64,000 nucleotides of DNA, from contig OX597818.1 of assembly GCA_951406725.2 (NCBI GenBank), positions 33,914,001 to 33,978,000 of the forward strand. The letters are read 5' to 3'. A program made the position numbers and the translations under genes. The DNA comes from Octopus vulgaris. Lineage: Eukaryota. This document shows, one piece after another, positions 1 through 12,309 of this stretch; position 1 is the stretch's first letter, and each line of letters opens with the position of its first letter. The notes beneath the pieces were generated by a model. That model was not told the DNA's origin. It saw nothing but the letters and a program-made list of their open reading frames with translations, and searched no databases.

Positions 1-384
1 GATTTTTATATGGGTATGTGTACATGCTAGTAGACGTGTGTACGTATGTGTGTATATGTGTGTGTGCGTGTGTGTTTACCATCTTCAATTTAAGCACTAG
101 TCCAACAATTTTCAGTGGTCGGGTAGTTGATACTATCATCTGCAGTACAGGACTAGTACGTTATGTATCATCTCTCGCGGGATGAAATGCAAAGTTTACC
201 TTGGCGATATTTCACATTATAACATAAAAAATTGAAAGAAATACTGCAAAACACTTAATCCAACAGTTTGAAGATTCTGCTAATCCACCGTTGTATGAAA
301 GATTAATCAGAGGTAATGAAGATAGTGTTCTTTGGTTTGTTTGTATATAGGTACAAACGGTCTTTAAATTTTCCCGAAGAAATG

Positions 385-509
385 AAGTGTAGTAAGGAGA
401 TTCCTTCCCAACCACATCGTTCCGGCTTCTCTCTCATAGTTTGGCACCTTAGACAAGCCGACTAAAACCTTCTGAGTGGATTTTCAAGACGGAAACCAGA
501 AGAAGCCTG

Positions 510-555
<46 letters not shown>

Positions 556-775
556 GGGTGGAAGTCACTGTGTCAGTGTTTGTCCCCACAACCGCTTGAT
601 AACTGGTGTTAGTGTGCTTACGTCCCCGTAACTTAGGAGCCAATAGAATATTTACTAGCCTTAAAAATGAAATAAGTACTTGGGACGATTCGTTTGCCTA
701 AATTTCTTCAAGGCAGTGCCCCAGAATGGCTGCAGTCTATTGACTACTACAAGTAAAGTATAAAAAATAAAAGCA
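385..775 (+). mobile_element. Diverged copy of tRNA-derived SINE family B (internal (TG)n, CR1-like 3' tail)
   Basis: Colinear with the 5041-5490 copy: GAGTGGATT..GACGGAAAC, ACGTCCCCGTAACTTAG, GGCAGTGCCCCAGAATGGCTGCAGTC. Confidence 0.7.
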
Positions 776-1757
776 TTATGATATGTATGTGTGAATATCT
801 GTGTGAGAGTATGCACGCGCGGTAGTTTGTGTGTGTCTGTGTGTGCGCCCGTGCGTGGGTGTACACATGATGGAGAACCAAGCAAAAGCCTTATCTTCCA
901 ACACAAATGCATAGCAGTATTTAATGGAAGTTACCTCCCTTTACGCCACACATGGTAGATAAAATTAATACTGTAGTGAAAGTTTGAAAATACAAACAAT
1001 ATTTTAAATGTGATAAACATAAATTTCTTTTGTAGAAGATTTCTAACAAGTTCAATACCGAAGTATCAAACATATAAGCAGTGTCATCATAACTGACGTT
1101 TATTCCTTTGTCATTGTTCCTCTAGTGCCAAGATAATTCGTCACGCGTAGTTTCACACTTTTATACACTCGCTAATTCTCGGCCAATAATGTGTAAATCT
1201 GTCATAGACTCACACATGCCAACGAAAGAATGTGCAATATGCGCGCATGCATGCACCGTAAGCAACCTACGTCTGCTGACATATTTGTGCAAGTCGAGTT
1301 TATTAAAGCATACAACGCATTTCAAGTCGAATAGTCTGATACATTCATTAAACGCTCGTGTGATTAAGAGAACTTTAGCTAAGAGGCAAACAATTTTCTT
1401 GCGGAGTTTTCTGTAATAATCATGAATGTTATCAAATTTTTCCGAAATTTTCCGAATATTACAACTGGTTGAATCGATATTTTGCCTGACTACAGATCGA
1501 AAGGAGACAGGTTCGTGTTATGCCACCATTTTGTCTTTCTTTTTTTTTTTTTTTTACTATGGTTAAAATATTTGAACCTGAAATGAAACATTCCACAATT
1601 CATTAGAATAAATAGCTAAACAGAAGGTTTGTATATTTACAATAGAAATTTCGTTAGATATAGTATATGTAGATGGAGTTTTGCTGACAACGCTGTAAAT
1701 CACCACTTTCAAAAGTATCTCGTGTGTATATGCTTCAGCGTATTTCTTTCTTCTGAA

Positions 1758-2045
1758 GGAACCACGCTGAGCCGGTGGGCTTATACCAAAACAATGGTGG
1801 ACAAGGTCTGATCCAATTGAAATGGGATGCAGAGGTATTGCAGGCCAGTCAAGTCCCCCTGCATATCTTACAAACTACATGGTCTCATAGGGGCCGGTAT
1901 GTTGAAGTCCATCAGGTTGAGTGTGGAGGTAGTGGGGTTTGCATCAAAGTGTTTGTGCAAGCCTTGGAAAGGACATCACTACAAGGGGTCGAGCTAAGTG
2001 GACGCATGCTAGGATTTGGTCAATCCTGGCAAGGTCGCCGAAGGG
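1758..2045 (+). pseudogene. Possible decayed restriction-like endonuclease (RLE) segment of a non-LTR retrotransposon
   Basis: Across frameshifts reads GTTLSR / VGLYQ..LIQLKWDAEVLQA..GRYVEVHQVE / VGFASKCL, resembling the TTLRPD..LIEL..PWE..VEVG.RGF RLE pattern. Confidence 0.35.
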
Positions 2046-2619
2046 AGAGAAATATCTGATTTTGAAAGACTCGAAACACTTAATGACCCCAGGAAGTTTT
2101 TACTGACGATGTACGAAAAAGCTGAAATATATAATTACAACTTATGTACAAATACTGGGATTTTCACTTCAGTATCATATTGTCCTATTACATTCACCCA
2201 TCCAAAATGCATAAATGGGTGTAGTCTAGTTTTGTTGCTGTAAAAGTTGCATTGGAATATATATAACTAGCAGCAGGTAAAAGCTGACCTGTCCGTAAAA
2301 CGTTCTGAAAATGTTTATGCATGCAAGACATTAATTTTTTACTTAAGAATGCATTCTATTGAATTTGTATAGCAAAAATACACACTGAATTAATTCACAA
2401 TTAATTACTAAGCCAATGATTGGAGACAGGGTGGGCAAACAATGGAAAAGACAATGATTGTGTCTACACCAAATCAACTTGAAAGAGACGACTAATCTTA
2501 TTATTTATATTGTCAAAACGGAATTCTCACAAATGGAAATTCGTTAAATATATTTCAAGTATATTTAACACTGAGTGAAGTGGTAAATAAATCTTCATAG
2601 GTACAATTGAAAATATTGC

Positions 2620-2760
2620 TTGTCTTTGTGGTTAAGATATTGGGCTCACTACCACAAGGCCATGGATTCGATTCCTTGACCAGGAGGCGCGCTCATTCAA
2701 TGCGCAAGACCTGTTTCACGTTGTTCCAGTATACTTAGCTAAAAATGAGGATCAACTTAA
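2620..2760 (+). mobile_element. Diverged 5' part of tRNA-derived SINE family C
   Basis: GTGGTTAAG A-box-like, GATTCGATTCC B-box-like, TTTCACGTTGTTCCAGT as in 6511-6847. Confidence 0.55.
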
Positions 2761-3132
2761 TACTGGTACATCCCTTGAGAAATGAAAATGTCGCATTTTC
2801 GATGCTTCATTTTGTCAAGGGTGACAGAGAAGAGATGTCTTTTTATCTGCTCACGACCACATGGTCATCCCCATCAATTAACGAAAGTGTAGTATAAGCT
2901 ACTAGATCATAATCTAAAGCTTATCCGTCCTTCGTTAGCAATTATAAACTGGTAGTTTGTTCCAAGTTTTTGCTAATTATTTGGTGCACTTAAATAGTTG
3001 CGTACAGTTATGTAAGTCACATATGTAGACATTCATGTAATGTATTTCAAACAAATCACCCTTCAAGATCCGAAGTCAATTTCAACTTAATATATAGAGT
3101 TAACAAAACATTTAACATTATATGCAATGTAT

Positions 3133-3322
3133 AAGGCAGCGAGCTGACAGAATCGATAGCACGCCGGGCAAAATGCTGAGCGGCAATTGATGCGTCTTCA
3201 CATTCTGAGTTCAGATTCAACCGAAGTCGACTTTGCCTTTCATTCTTTCTGCACTGGGGCCGATGTAATGGACTAGACTTTCCTACAAAACTTTCAAGCG
3301 TTGTGCCTATGGTAGAAATAAT
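3133..3322 (+). mobile_element. Diverged MetaSINE-like SINE family A copy
   Basis: AAGGCAGCGAGCTGACAGAATCG..GAGTTCAGATTC..GTCGACTTTGCCTTTCAT matches 4747-4978. Confidence 0.75.
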
Positions 3323-3755
3323 TATATACAAAGCATTCAATCTGCCTTATGCATACATCTGCCAACTATATATATTTATCTATCCGATATTAGAAATAGA
3401 CTAGACCTTCAATATTTAAACACCCAGTCATAAATACAGCACAATACTGGTGACAGGATAAAAACTGCTTCAATGGTAGTGCTGTGTATATGTCACAAAT
3501 TAGAATAGAAAGGAGTTCAAATATGTTGGCTAATTCCATGTTATTGTAATAAAATACTGTTATCATATTTATGCAAGAAATTTAGGTTTTTCATTTGTGC
3601 GTTTATATACGCGTGCCCATTTGCAATCAATAGAAGTTCGCACCACTCAGTTGAGTGAACACAAGACATCAATATTTGTACCCACACTCACACTCACTCA
3701 CGCACGCAAGAACATACACACCATGTATACACCATGTATAAATATGCATACGTGC

Positions 3756-3794
<39 letters not shown>

Positions 3795-4746
3795 TACATA
3801 TATATATACGTACATAGATATGCAGATGTATACACACACATACTCATAAACATATAAGAACACATAGATATATATACGTGTGTGTTTTAAGTTTTCTACT
3901 TGCGCTTGAATAAGTTTTACGTGTTTTCCACATATGCATGTATGTTTGTGCAAATAAACATCTGCCTGTTAAAATCAATGAAAATATATGCATGCGTGGT
4001 GTGTATACTCATATGTGAAGTTAACAGAATATTTAATTTGTGCGTTGAAGTATAAATTCCTTAGGTAATTTCTGGAAACTTTCGCCTACATTCGTGTTTT
4101 GCCTGCTTTAATCTCAGAACGTATTCGATTATTTCGCCATCTTGGTAATTGAAAAGAACAAAACATAAAAATATAAGGAAAATATAATGTGAATACTTTA
4201 CCGTATCTCCTAAGGAGTGATCATACCGCTGTAGCCTAATCGGTATGAAATATTCTAAATCTGAAGTTGAGGAGAAAACTGCTTTAACATATATTTTCTT
4301 CTTACATGCTTTTCTAAATAGAAACCCTATGAGTATTATAAAAAAATCCTTTAAATGCTACGTGTCTACCAACTGGAGATAAATTTCTTAAGATAGATTT
4401 ATTATGAGCAAAATAAAAGTTTTCTATACGTGCAAATACCGACGCAATACTTACACAATTGGTGACTACGAGCGTAGCCTAATGAAATCACCCTCTAGAA
4501 AAAGATTAGTGGGAATAAGAACTTCGGTTCTTTTAGTTTTTCTATATCTGAAATGCTGCAAATCTATGATATCTGATCACAGCTAATATGGAATACTTTT
4601 CTGATAATAAGTGGGTGATGGTATAGCTATGTAGTTAACAAGGTGGCTTCGCAAGCTCGAGGCATTGTGTACGTTCCTACAGTGCAGCATTTTTTGCAAT
4701 TTTCTCTGCCACAGTCTTGGACCAAACAATACATTGAGTGTGACAT

Positions 4747-4978
4747 AAGGCGGCGAGCTGGCAGAAACGTTAGCACGCCGGGCGAAATGCGTAGCCGTAT
4801 TTCGTCTGCCGTTACGTTCTGGGTTCAAATTCCGCCGAGGTCGACTTTGCCTTTCATCCTTTCGAGGTCGATAAATTAAGTACCAGTTACGCACTGGGGT
4901 TGATGTAATCGACTTAAGCCGTTTGTCTGTCCTTGTTTGTCCCCTCTGTGTTTAGCCCCTTGTGGGTAGTAAAGAAAT
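4747..4978 (+). mobile_element. MetaSINE-like tRNA-derived SINE family A, full monomer with 16-bp TSD
   Basis: tRNA-like head with GGTTCAAATTCC B box; central GTCGACTTTGCCTTTCATCCTTTCGAGGTCGATAAATTAAGTACCAG resembles the Meta domain; TSD AATACATTGAGTGTGA at 4728-4743 and 4982-4997; many copies in window. Confidence 0.9.
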
Positions 4979-5040
4979 ATAAATACATTGAGTGTGAAGC
5001 TGTAAGGGAAACTCGTCATACATACATATATATATATGTA

Positions 5041-5197
5041 TGGAGTGGCTGTGTGGTAAGTAGCTTGCTAACCAACCACATGGTCCCAGGTTCAGTCCCA
5101 CTGCGTGGTATCTTGGGCAAGTATTTTCTACTATAGCCTCCGGCCGACCAATGCCTTGTGAGTGGATTTGGTAGACGGAAACTGAAAGAAGCCTGTC

Positions 5198-5263
<66 letters not shown>

Positions 5264-5490
5264 TTATGTATGTGTGTGTATGTGTTTGTATGTCTGTGTT
5301 TGACCCGCTAGCATTGCTTGACAACCGATGCTGGTGTGTTTACGTCCCCGTCACTTAGCGGTTCGGCAAAAGAGACCGATAGAATAAGTACTGGGCTTAC
5401 AAAGAATAAGTCCCGGGGTTGATTTGCTCGACTAAAGGCGGTGCTCCAGCATGGCCGCAGTCAAATGACTGAAAAAAGTAAAAACGAAAA
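5041..5490 (+). mobile_element. tRNA-derived SINE family B, full length, with internal (TA)n
   Basis: GTGGCTGTGTGGTAAG A box, GGTTCAGTCCC B-box-like, 3' GGCGGTGCTCCAGCATGGCCGCAGTCAAATGACTGAAA; other copies at 385, 22370, 42300, 59239. Confidence 0.85.
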
Positions 5491-5543
5491 AGGAAAAAAG
5501 GAAATATATATGCATAGGTGTGTGTGTATATATATATATACAT

Positions 5544-5597
<54 letters not shown>

Positions 5598-5601
<4 letters not shown>

Positions 5602-5965
5602 CCTTAAATCCTTAAAAATGCATCAGCCCGAAAACTGCAGCCATGCTGAGGCACCACCGTTGAATGTGCTACACAAGTATGTGAAACCACCTCTGATACG
5701 TGACACTTGGTCAATAAGGGAGTTCGACAACGCTGCCCGCATCTGTGTTTCCTGCCGAGAGGTTTGTTCATCTGGAACCCCTGACAAAGAGAGGTCCAGT
5801 TTAGTTTTAAAGAAACCCACATCCACACCATGCAGGTCTCTCAGGCTTTTAGGAAGGATATTGAAGCGCTGTGGTCCCCTGAAACCTGAGCTGTTGCAGT
5901 ATCTGGTCTTGTATTTTAATGGTGACGTTGGGATCTTTGGCACCATGCAATGACGCCCCGTTCTG
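5598..5965 (-). mobile_element. 3' end of CR1-like LINE
   Basis: ORF 5623-5946 ([42 protein letters not shown]) is homologous to 63029-63220; tail TAAGGATT repeats. Confidence 0.8.
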
Positions 5966-6015
<50 letters not shown>

Positions 6016-6080
6016 GTATGTATGTATGTGTATATAAATATATATATATAAATACGTACATACATACATACATACATACA

Positions 6081-6114
<34 letters not shown>

Positions 6115-6132
6115 CATACATACATACATATA

Positions 6133-6351
6133 CGAGGAGGTGCTGAAAAGTTCCTGTCTTTGGGTAAACGAAAATACAGGAGGATTAGTTATCTATGATT
6201 TTATACAACATATTCTTCTCTTAGATTCACGTCACTTTTTGCAGTAGTCTTTCAATTTTTCTAATCCCTGTAAAAGAACACGGAAGTTTGGTCCTACAGC
6301 CAGGCCTTTCACGATATCCTGAAAGCCAGGAAATTTTCGGCACCCACCTCC
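6133..6351. mobile_element. Mariner-derived MITE
   Basis: Imperfect TIRs CGAGGAGGTGCTGAAAAGTTCCTG / CAGGAAATTTTCGGCACCCACCTC, each flanked by TA. Confidence 0.75.
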
Positions 6352-6404
6352 TATATAATAGAAATAGAGAACCCGCCTCATATGTGAAATCACCTCTGAT
6401 ACAC

Positions 6405-6492
6405 TATTCACTTTATTTCAAGATCTCTTACCAATAGAGAAAGAGCCGGTTTCTGACCTAGATCCAAGACTCCTCCATTGAAATTTCAACAT
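6405..6492 (+). repeat. Unclassified interspersed repeat adjacent to (TATG)n; second copy at 32720-32826
   Basis: TTTATTTCAAGAT..CCAATAGAGAAAGA.CCGGTTTCT.ACCTAGATCCAAG.CTCC present at both loci. Confidence 0.75.
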
Positions 6493-6510
6493 TTTCTATG
6501 TATGTATGTA

Positions 6511-6847
6511 GTGAAGGCGTATGGCTCAGTGGTTAGAGCGTCGAGCTTACGATTGTGAGGCTGTGAGTTCGAATCCCGGACCGGGCTGCGTGTTGTGTTC
6601 TTCAGCAAGACACTTTATTTCATGTTGCTCCAGTTCGCTCAGCTGTAGAAATGAGTTGCGACGTCACAAGTGCCAAGCTGTATCTGCTGTTGCCTTTCCC
6701 TTGGATAACACTGGTGGCGTGGAGAGGGGAGGCTGGTATGTATGGGCGACTGCTGGTCTTCCATAAACAACCTTGCTCGGACTTGTGCCTAGGAGGGTAA
6801 CTTCCTAGGTGCAATCCCACGGTCAGTCATGACCGAAGGGGAATCTC
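6511..6847 (+). mobile_element. tRNA-derived SINE family C
   Basis: TGGCTCAGTGGTTAGAGC A box, GAGTTCGAATCCC B box, AGCAAGACACTTTATTTCA core. Confidence 0.85.
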
Positions 6848-7839
6848 AAAGCATGTATGTATGTATGTATGTATGTATGTATGTATGTATGTATGTATGT
6901 ATGTATGTATGTATGTATGTACGTATATCTGTGTGTGCGTGTGTGTGTGTGTGTGTGTGTACATCTCTGCTTGCCAACAGTTATGACTCCCTGTCTTGGC
7001 TATTCGGCAAAAAGAAACTGAACCGATATAATAAGCATTAGACTCAAATAAAACTGCTGTCGATTTTAACGACTAGAGCCTTCGAGATGGCGCTCCAGTA
7101 TGACCGCAGTACAGTGCCAGAAACGAGTAAAAGAATATAGATTAATTAAAGGCAATAAAAGAAGAAACAGAAAATAGGAAAAAAAAAAGATAAAAGTAAA
7201 ATATAAACGATCCTAAAGGTCTTTAGTGTGTTAAAAGATTTTAAAATTTTAGGAATTCTATAAATTGATTATAAGAAAGAATTGAGATGCTGGCTATCAA
7301 ATGCTGTCTTAAAACTAATGGTAAAAATACAGAGATATCCTTTTCTGACAACATACACGTATAATAAATTTCTATAGAGATTGAAGGTGCATTCCTAAGA
7401 CACTTCTTCATGTGGTGTAGTAATTCTAAAGAGCTCTTGGGAATACTTAAATAACTATTTCAGAATTCCTACACGAAGGCACTTGAGAATTCTTTGCGAG
7501 TAGAATATGAAGCAAAATGTATTTTTAAATGAGTTCTCTGGTGGAAATGAATATATATCTTATTTTTATCAATGTCTCATTGAATTCTTCAAAGATCTCA
7601 TGGCTTTTTTTTTTTATGGAAATTACTTATGCAATGTATGTTTCAACAGATATAAAGAAATATGTATGCGTATTAGGTTGTGTTTGTATATCCGTAACTT
7701 GCATGTTTATACATTAAGCAATTTATATTAATATGTAACTTACACGCTTAAACACATCCATTTCGCACTCACATATACGCATTCGTATGCATATGTGTGT
7801 GTGTGTGTGTCTTTGCGTGTGTGTGTGTGTGTGTGTCTT

Positions 7840-7914
<75 letters not shown>

Positions 7915-7932
7915 TTATATAGATATAAAAAA

Positions 7933-8265
7933 AGGGGCACTCCGTCGGCTACGACGACGAGGGTTCCAGCCTGCATGATCAACGGAACAGCTTGCTCGTG
8001 AAATTAACGTGCAAGTGGCTGAGCACTCCACATACACGTGTACCCTTAACGTAGTTCGCAAGGAGATTCAGCGTGACACAGAATTTGACAAGGCCGGCCC
8101 TTTTTGAAATACTAGTACTACTCATTTTTGCCAGCTGAGTGAACTGGAGCAACGTGAAATAAAGTGTCTTGCTCTGCTCAAGGACACAACGCGTCACCGG
8201 AAATCGAACTCACAACCTTACGATCATTAGCCGAATGCCCTAACCACTGAGCCACGCGCCCTCAC
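7933..8265 (-). mobile_element. tRNA-derived SINE family C (alternative 3' part)
   Basis: Reverse complement GTGAGGGCGCGTGGCTCAGTGGTTAGG..GAGTTCGATTTCC; colinear with 20953-21266. Confidence 0.85.
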
Positions 8266-8519
8266 TATATAGATATGATTCATATATATATAAATATATA
8301 TATATATATATGTGTGTGTATACGTATATATATATATATATATATGCATCAAACGGATATACAAACATATATACGTATCTCTCTCTCTCTCTCTTTCTAA
8401 ATATATATATTTATATATTCATTCATATGATATATTTATGTGTGTATGTTCACATGTTTTATGTATTTCAGCCCAAAGGCTGCGGCCATACTGAAGCATT
8501 TTTTATCAGTGAGTTATGA

Positions 8520-9255
8520 GTTGTATTGTTGTATCAGACCTCTTTAGCCCATTTGGAACAACAATGTTCTGAAATTCCCCTTTATATGCATTTCAAAACT
8601 GTCTCAACCTAATCGTCAGGATGTGGAGTGATGCTTGCTTACGTAGTGCTTTGTTTAGAAAGAACGGTTTATATTTATACATCCAATACAGCTAGTATTT
8701 CTGTTCCGAAAGACATTATTAGTACTTGATCATTAGAATGTTAAATTTACGTCATCAGATTTGCATATTTCCATTAGATTTCCACATCACGGGATTCGTA
8801 TTTTGGCCTTAGAACTACACGTTGCCGGCGAACTGTTTATCTTGTGCGTGTCGTGTGTACGTCACGTTTTAATTGTAACTGTATGGTGTGTGCATGTCAC
8901 GTTTTAATTGTAACTGTATGGTGTGTGTATGTCACGTTTTAATTGTAACTGTATGCTGTTATACGGGAATTGATTCCATAATCAATCGTATTTTTCTGAA
9001 GATCTCTAGAAAATATGAATGTATTATATAAATGCTTTTCTGTCTGGCTTCGTTTTGTGGAGTACGATATAGTTTGTTGCAATGTACTCTTGTTCTAAGT
9101 GCATCCTGAGTTTCCGAAGGAACGTTGTGCTTGTGTGGCCGAAGTATCAGTCAGAATCGTGAAGTTTATGATCTTTAATTTTAGAGTGAAATTTTAAAGT
9201 TACAATTACAATGTATCTTTTTATTTTAGATCTGATACGTAGCTACCAAAGAAAC
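8520..9255 (-). mobile_element. Decayed Penelope-like element 3' end: GIY-YIG fragment plus hammerhead-like remnants
   Basis: Minus strand from 9146 reads YFGHTSTTFLRKLRMHLEQ..HKTKPDR, a YIG.T....R...H motif with stops; downstream CTGATGA (near 8755) and CTGACGA..GAAATGCATA (8585-8619). Confidence 0.65.
8854..8955. repeat. 35-bp tandem repeat, about 2.8 copies
   Basis: GTCACGTTTTAATTGTAACTGTATG starts at 8861, 8896 and 8931. Confidence 0.9.
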
Positions 9256-9351
9256 TTTGATAAAAAATAAAATTAAAATATATCGTGATACGCGCGTGTG
9301 CGCGTGTGCACATGTGTACATATGTACATGTATGTATGTATATAAATGTAT

Positions 9352-9386
<35 letters not shown>

Positions 9387-9401
9387 CATACATACATATA
9401 T

Positions 9402-9448
<47 letters not shown>

Positions 9449-9455
9449 CATATAT

Positions 9456-9504
<49 letters not shown>

Positions 9505-9615
9505 GTGTGTGTGTTTGTGTAAGTATGATTGTGAGTACATTTACGCATATGTTTACATATAATTATGTGTGCTTGTATTTTGTGTTTGTGTGTATGTGTG
9601 TTTGCATGCATATTC

Positions 9616-9680
<65 letters not shown>

Positions 9681-10596
9681 GCATTCACATTTTGGAATAA
9701 ATTTGTTATTGCCTTGATTCATGTGGTTATGCAATGAGTAATACATACTTTCTTCAGAACTCTCTGAAACTTAAAAAAGAGACTTGTTCTCTGCTCTCTT
9801 GTGAAGGAGAGCGTAAGTTTGGGAAAAGTTTTTGGGAAATATTCCGAATATTTGCAAGTTAAGACCTTCAAAGAAAAGATAAGAGGACAAAGTGTGTCGT
9901 TTCAGATTGTAATCTAAGTCTAAGAATTTATATGTAATCTAAGAATTTATATGTTACTTCACATAAACGGAATTGTGAAAGATAGAACGTGATAGAGGGA
10001 CGGGGGAAATAGAAAGAGAGAGAGAAATTATGTAAGAAAGATAGAAAGAGAAGAAAAGGGCCGAGAAATAAATCAAGAAGGAATAGGAGAAAGAGAAAGA
10101 AAAGAGAGAGAAAAAGAAATCTAAGAGATCGATGAATCGAGGGGATAGATGGATAGTTATATCGATAGAAAGGGTAAACTTAGTTTGAAGAGCATGGTAA
10201 ATGATACAATACACGAATTGTGACAAAACATGTGAACTGTACTGTTGCAATACAGTTAATATTGATACATTCAAAGCACGCACAGAATTTTTAAGTTGAG
10301 ATATTCGGAATATGTTGGCTCGAAAGAAAATTTAACCTGGACTCATGGAAGGAATCACTTCCAACGTACAACACGCAAATAATCACACCTTACTTCCTGC
10401 AAAACTACGGCTGAATTAATATCAGTACTAAATCTTAACTTTAGTCACCTAACCTCATAACAACTGGATTTTCACACTCAACACTCTAAACACATTATGC
10501 TTCACTCGCCAAATTTGTCATACGCCTTTCCTATTCGTGACCTACTCCACCTGTGTCACTATTCAACTGGCATTTCTACCGATAGTATCCATCCGT

Positions 10597-10829
10597 CAGC
10601 GGCGAGCTGGCAGAAACGTTAGCACGCCGGGCGAAATGCTAAGCGGCATTTCGTCTGCCGCTATGTTCTGAGTTCAAATTCCGCCGAGGTCGACTTTGCC
10701 TTTCATTCTTTCGGGGTCGATTAAATAAGTACCAGGTGCGCACTGGGGTCGATATAATCAACTTAATCCGTTTGTCTGTCCTTGTTTGTCCCCTCTGTGT
10801 GTAGCCCCTTGTGGGTCGTAAAGAAATAA
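10597..10829 (+). mobile_element. MetaSINE-like family A monomer
   Basis: Closely matches 4747-4978. Confidence 0.9.
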
Positions 10830-11282
10830 GTATTATTTTTATTCCTATCTTTTTAGCTGTCATCAATTACTTACAACCACATCCAACATCTTATGCTGTC
10901 AACACTACTTTTCATACCTCTCAAGTATTCCCCAATTATTCTTTATTCATTCACTATCTGGACAGCACAAGCCAAATCTACACTGGTTCCGCAAGTAGAA
11001 ACCTCAAAATCACTCTTCAATGAAAAAAAATGCCGTTTAATGTCTTTCGATAACGAAAAGATACAAATGCTTCGCTTATTCGTGAGTGCTCTTCAAAATA
11101 GCTTTGATCTTTTACTCTCACAATCAGTGAGGATCTCTCTTGACGAAAGAACATCCTTAATTTAACTAGGACTGCTTCCGAAGAACTGGACCTTCTCTTC
11201 AGGACCTGAAGATATTTCAGCCTCAACAATTATTTGTACTCAACACAGTACAGGTGAGACGCATTACTCTATGGCCGTCTGA

Positions 11283-11424
11283 AGTCATAGAGTACTGCTC
11301 TATGACCTCAAAAATTATAGTAAAGTTGAATCTAAAATCAGTTCTCTCGTTTATACGGTGTATACTTCCTATGCTGATATCAGAATGGAGCTCGAACTAA
11401 AAAAGTGTGGTGTGTTAGTTTTGA
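11283..11424 (+). pseudogene. Reverse transcriptase fragment of R4/Dong-like non-LTR retrotransposon
   Basis: SHRVLLYDLKNYSKVESKISSLVYTVYTSYADIRMELELKKCGVLVL resembles the HLLFMDDLKLY..DIGMEFGLKKC pattern; runs directly into (AAT)n. Confidence 0.65.
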
Positions 11425-11434
11425 ATAATAATAT

Positions 11435-11471
<37 letters not shown>

Positions 11472-11613
11472 AATGATGATCATGATGATCATGATGATCA
11501 TGATGATCATGATCATGATGATCATGATGATGATCATGATGATGACCATGATGATAATGATAATGATAATGATAATGATAGTGATGATGATCATGATGAT
11601 CATGATGATCATG

Positions 11614-11700
<87 letters not shown>
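11424..11700. repeat. Compound (AAT)n/(GAT)n/(GATCAT) microsatellite
   Basis: Directly visible. Confidence 0.95.
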
Positions 11701-11703
<3 letters not shown>

Positions 11704-12231
11704 GGTGCCCTGATGCAGTACCAGGCAGTGGCTCTCGTGGCTTTTGATCTTAACTGATTGGAAGTGTTATTATGTACATTGTTTTGTCGATGGGCTACAG
11801 CAAATATTATGCTCAATATCACAGATTTGCTTGTCAGTTGTTTGACCTTAACTAGTTGAGCATGTCCCTTAGTGGCTGACGATATGTGCATCTCTGATCA
11901 CGAGCAGAAGTAGTGGGGGAGCATCATAGCCATGTGTTGAGAGGGATTCTTTGCAGTTTGAATAATTCACCTCTGGAAACATCCTTAAACAATTCTTATT
12001 CAGGGACCTTTTGAGCAGTATGGGCTACTCGACAAGAAGAAAATTCTAACTGGCCCCCACCTACAAGGTCATGTGTTGTTTATCATGATATGCGATTACC
12101 ATGTTGCGCACACATGGTTGTGATGCATGTGCCTAGTGTACCTTTATCAGACGGGTAACCATGATGGATAAACTGGGCTTCGTATATTTTACCCCAGTGT
12201 CACTTTGATGGCATGCACTGCTCTCTCAGTC
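11701..12231. repeat. Probable interspersed repeat inserted in an (AAT)n tract
   Basis: GC-richer 530-bp block bounded by (AAT)n on both sides; single copy in window; class not determined. Confidence 0.5.

Positions 12232-12309
<78 letters not shown>

Noticed and set aside
6511-6590. tRNA-like sequences with A and B boxes (also 29221, 44640, 58101)
   Set aside because: They are SINE heads continuing into repeat bodies, not stand-alone tRNA genes.
8854-8955. 35-bp repeats as a CRISPR array
   Set aside because: Head-to-tail with no unique spacers, no cas genes, eukaryotic context.
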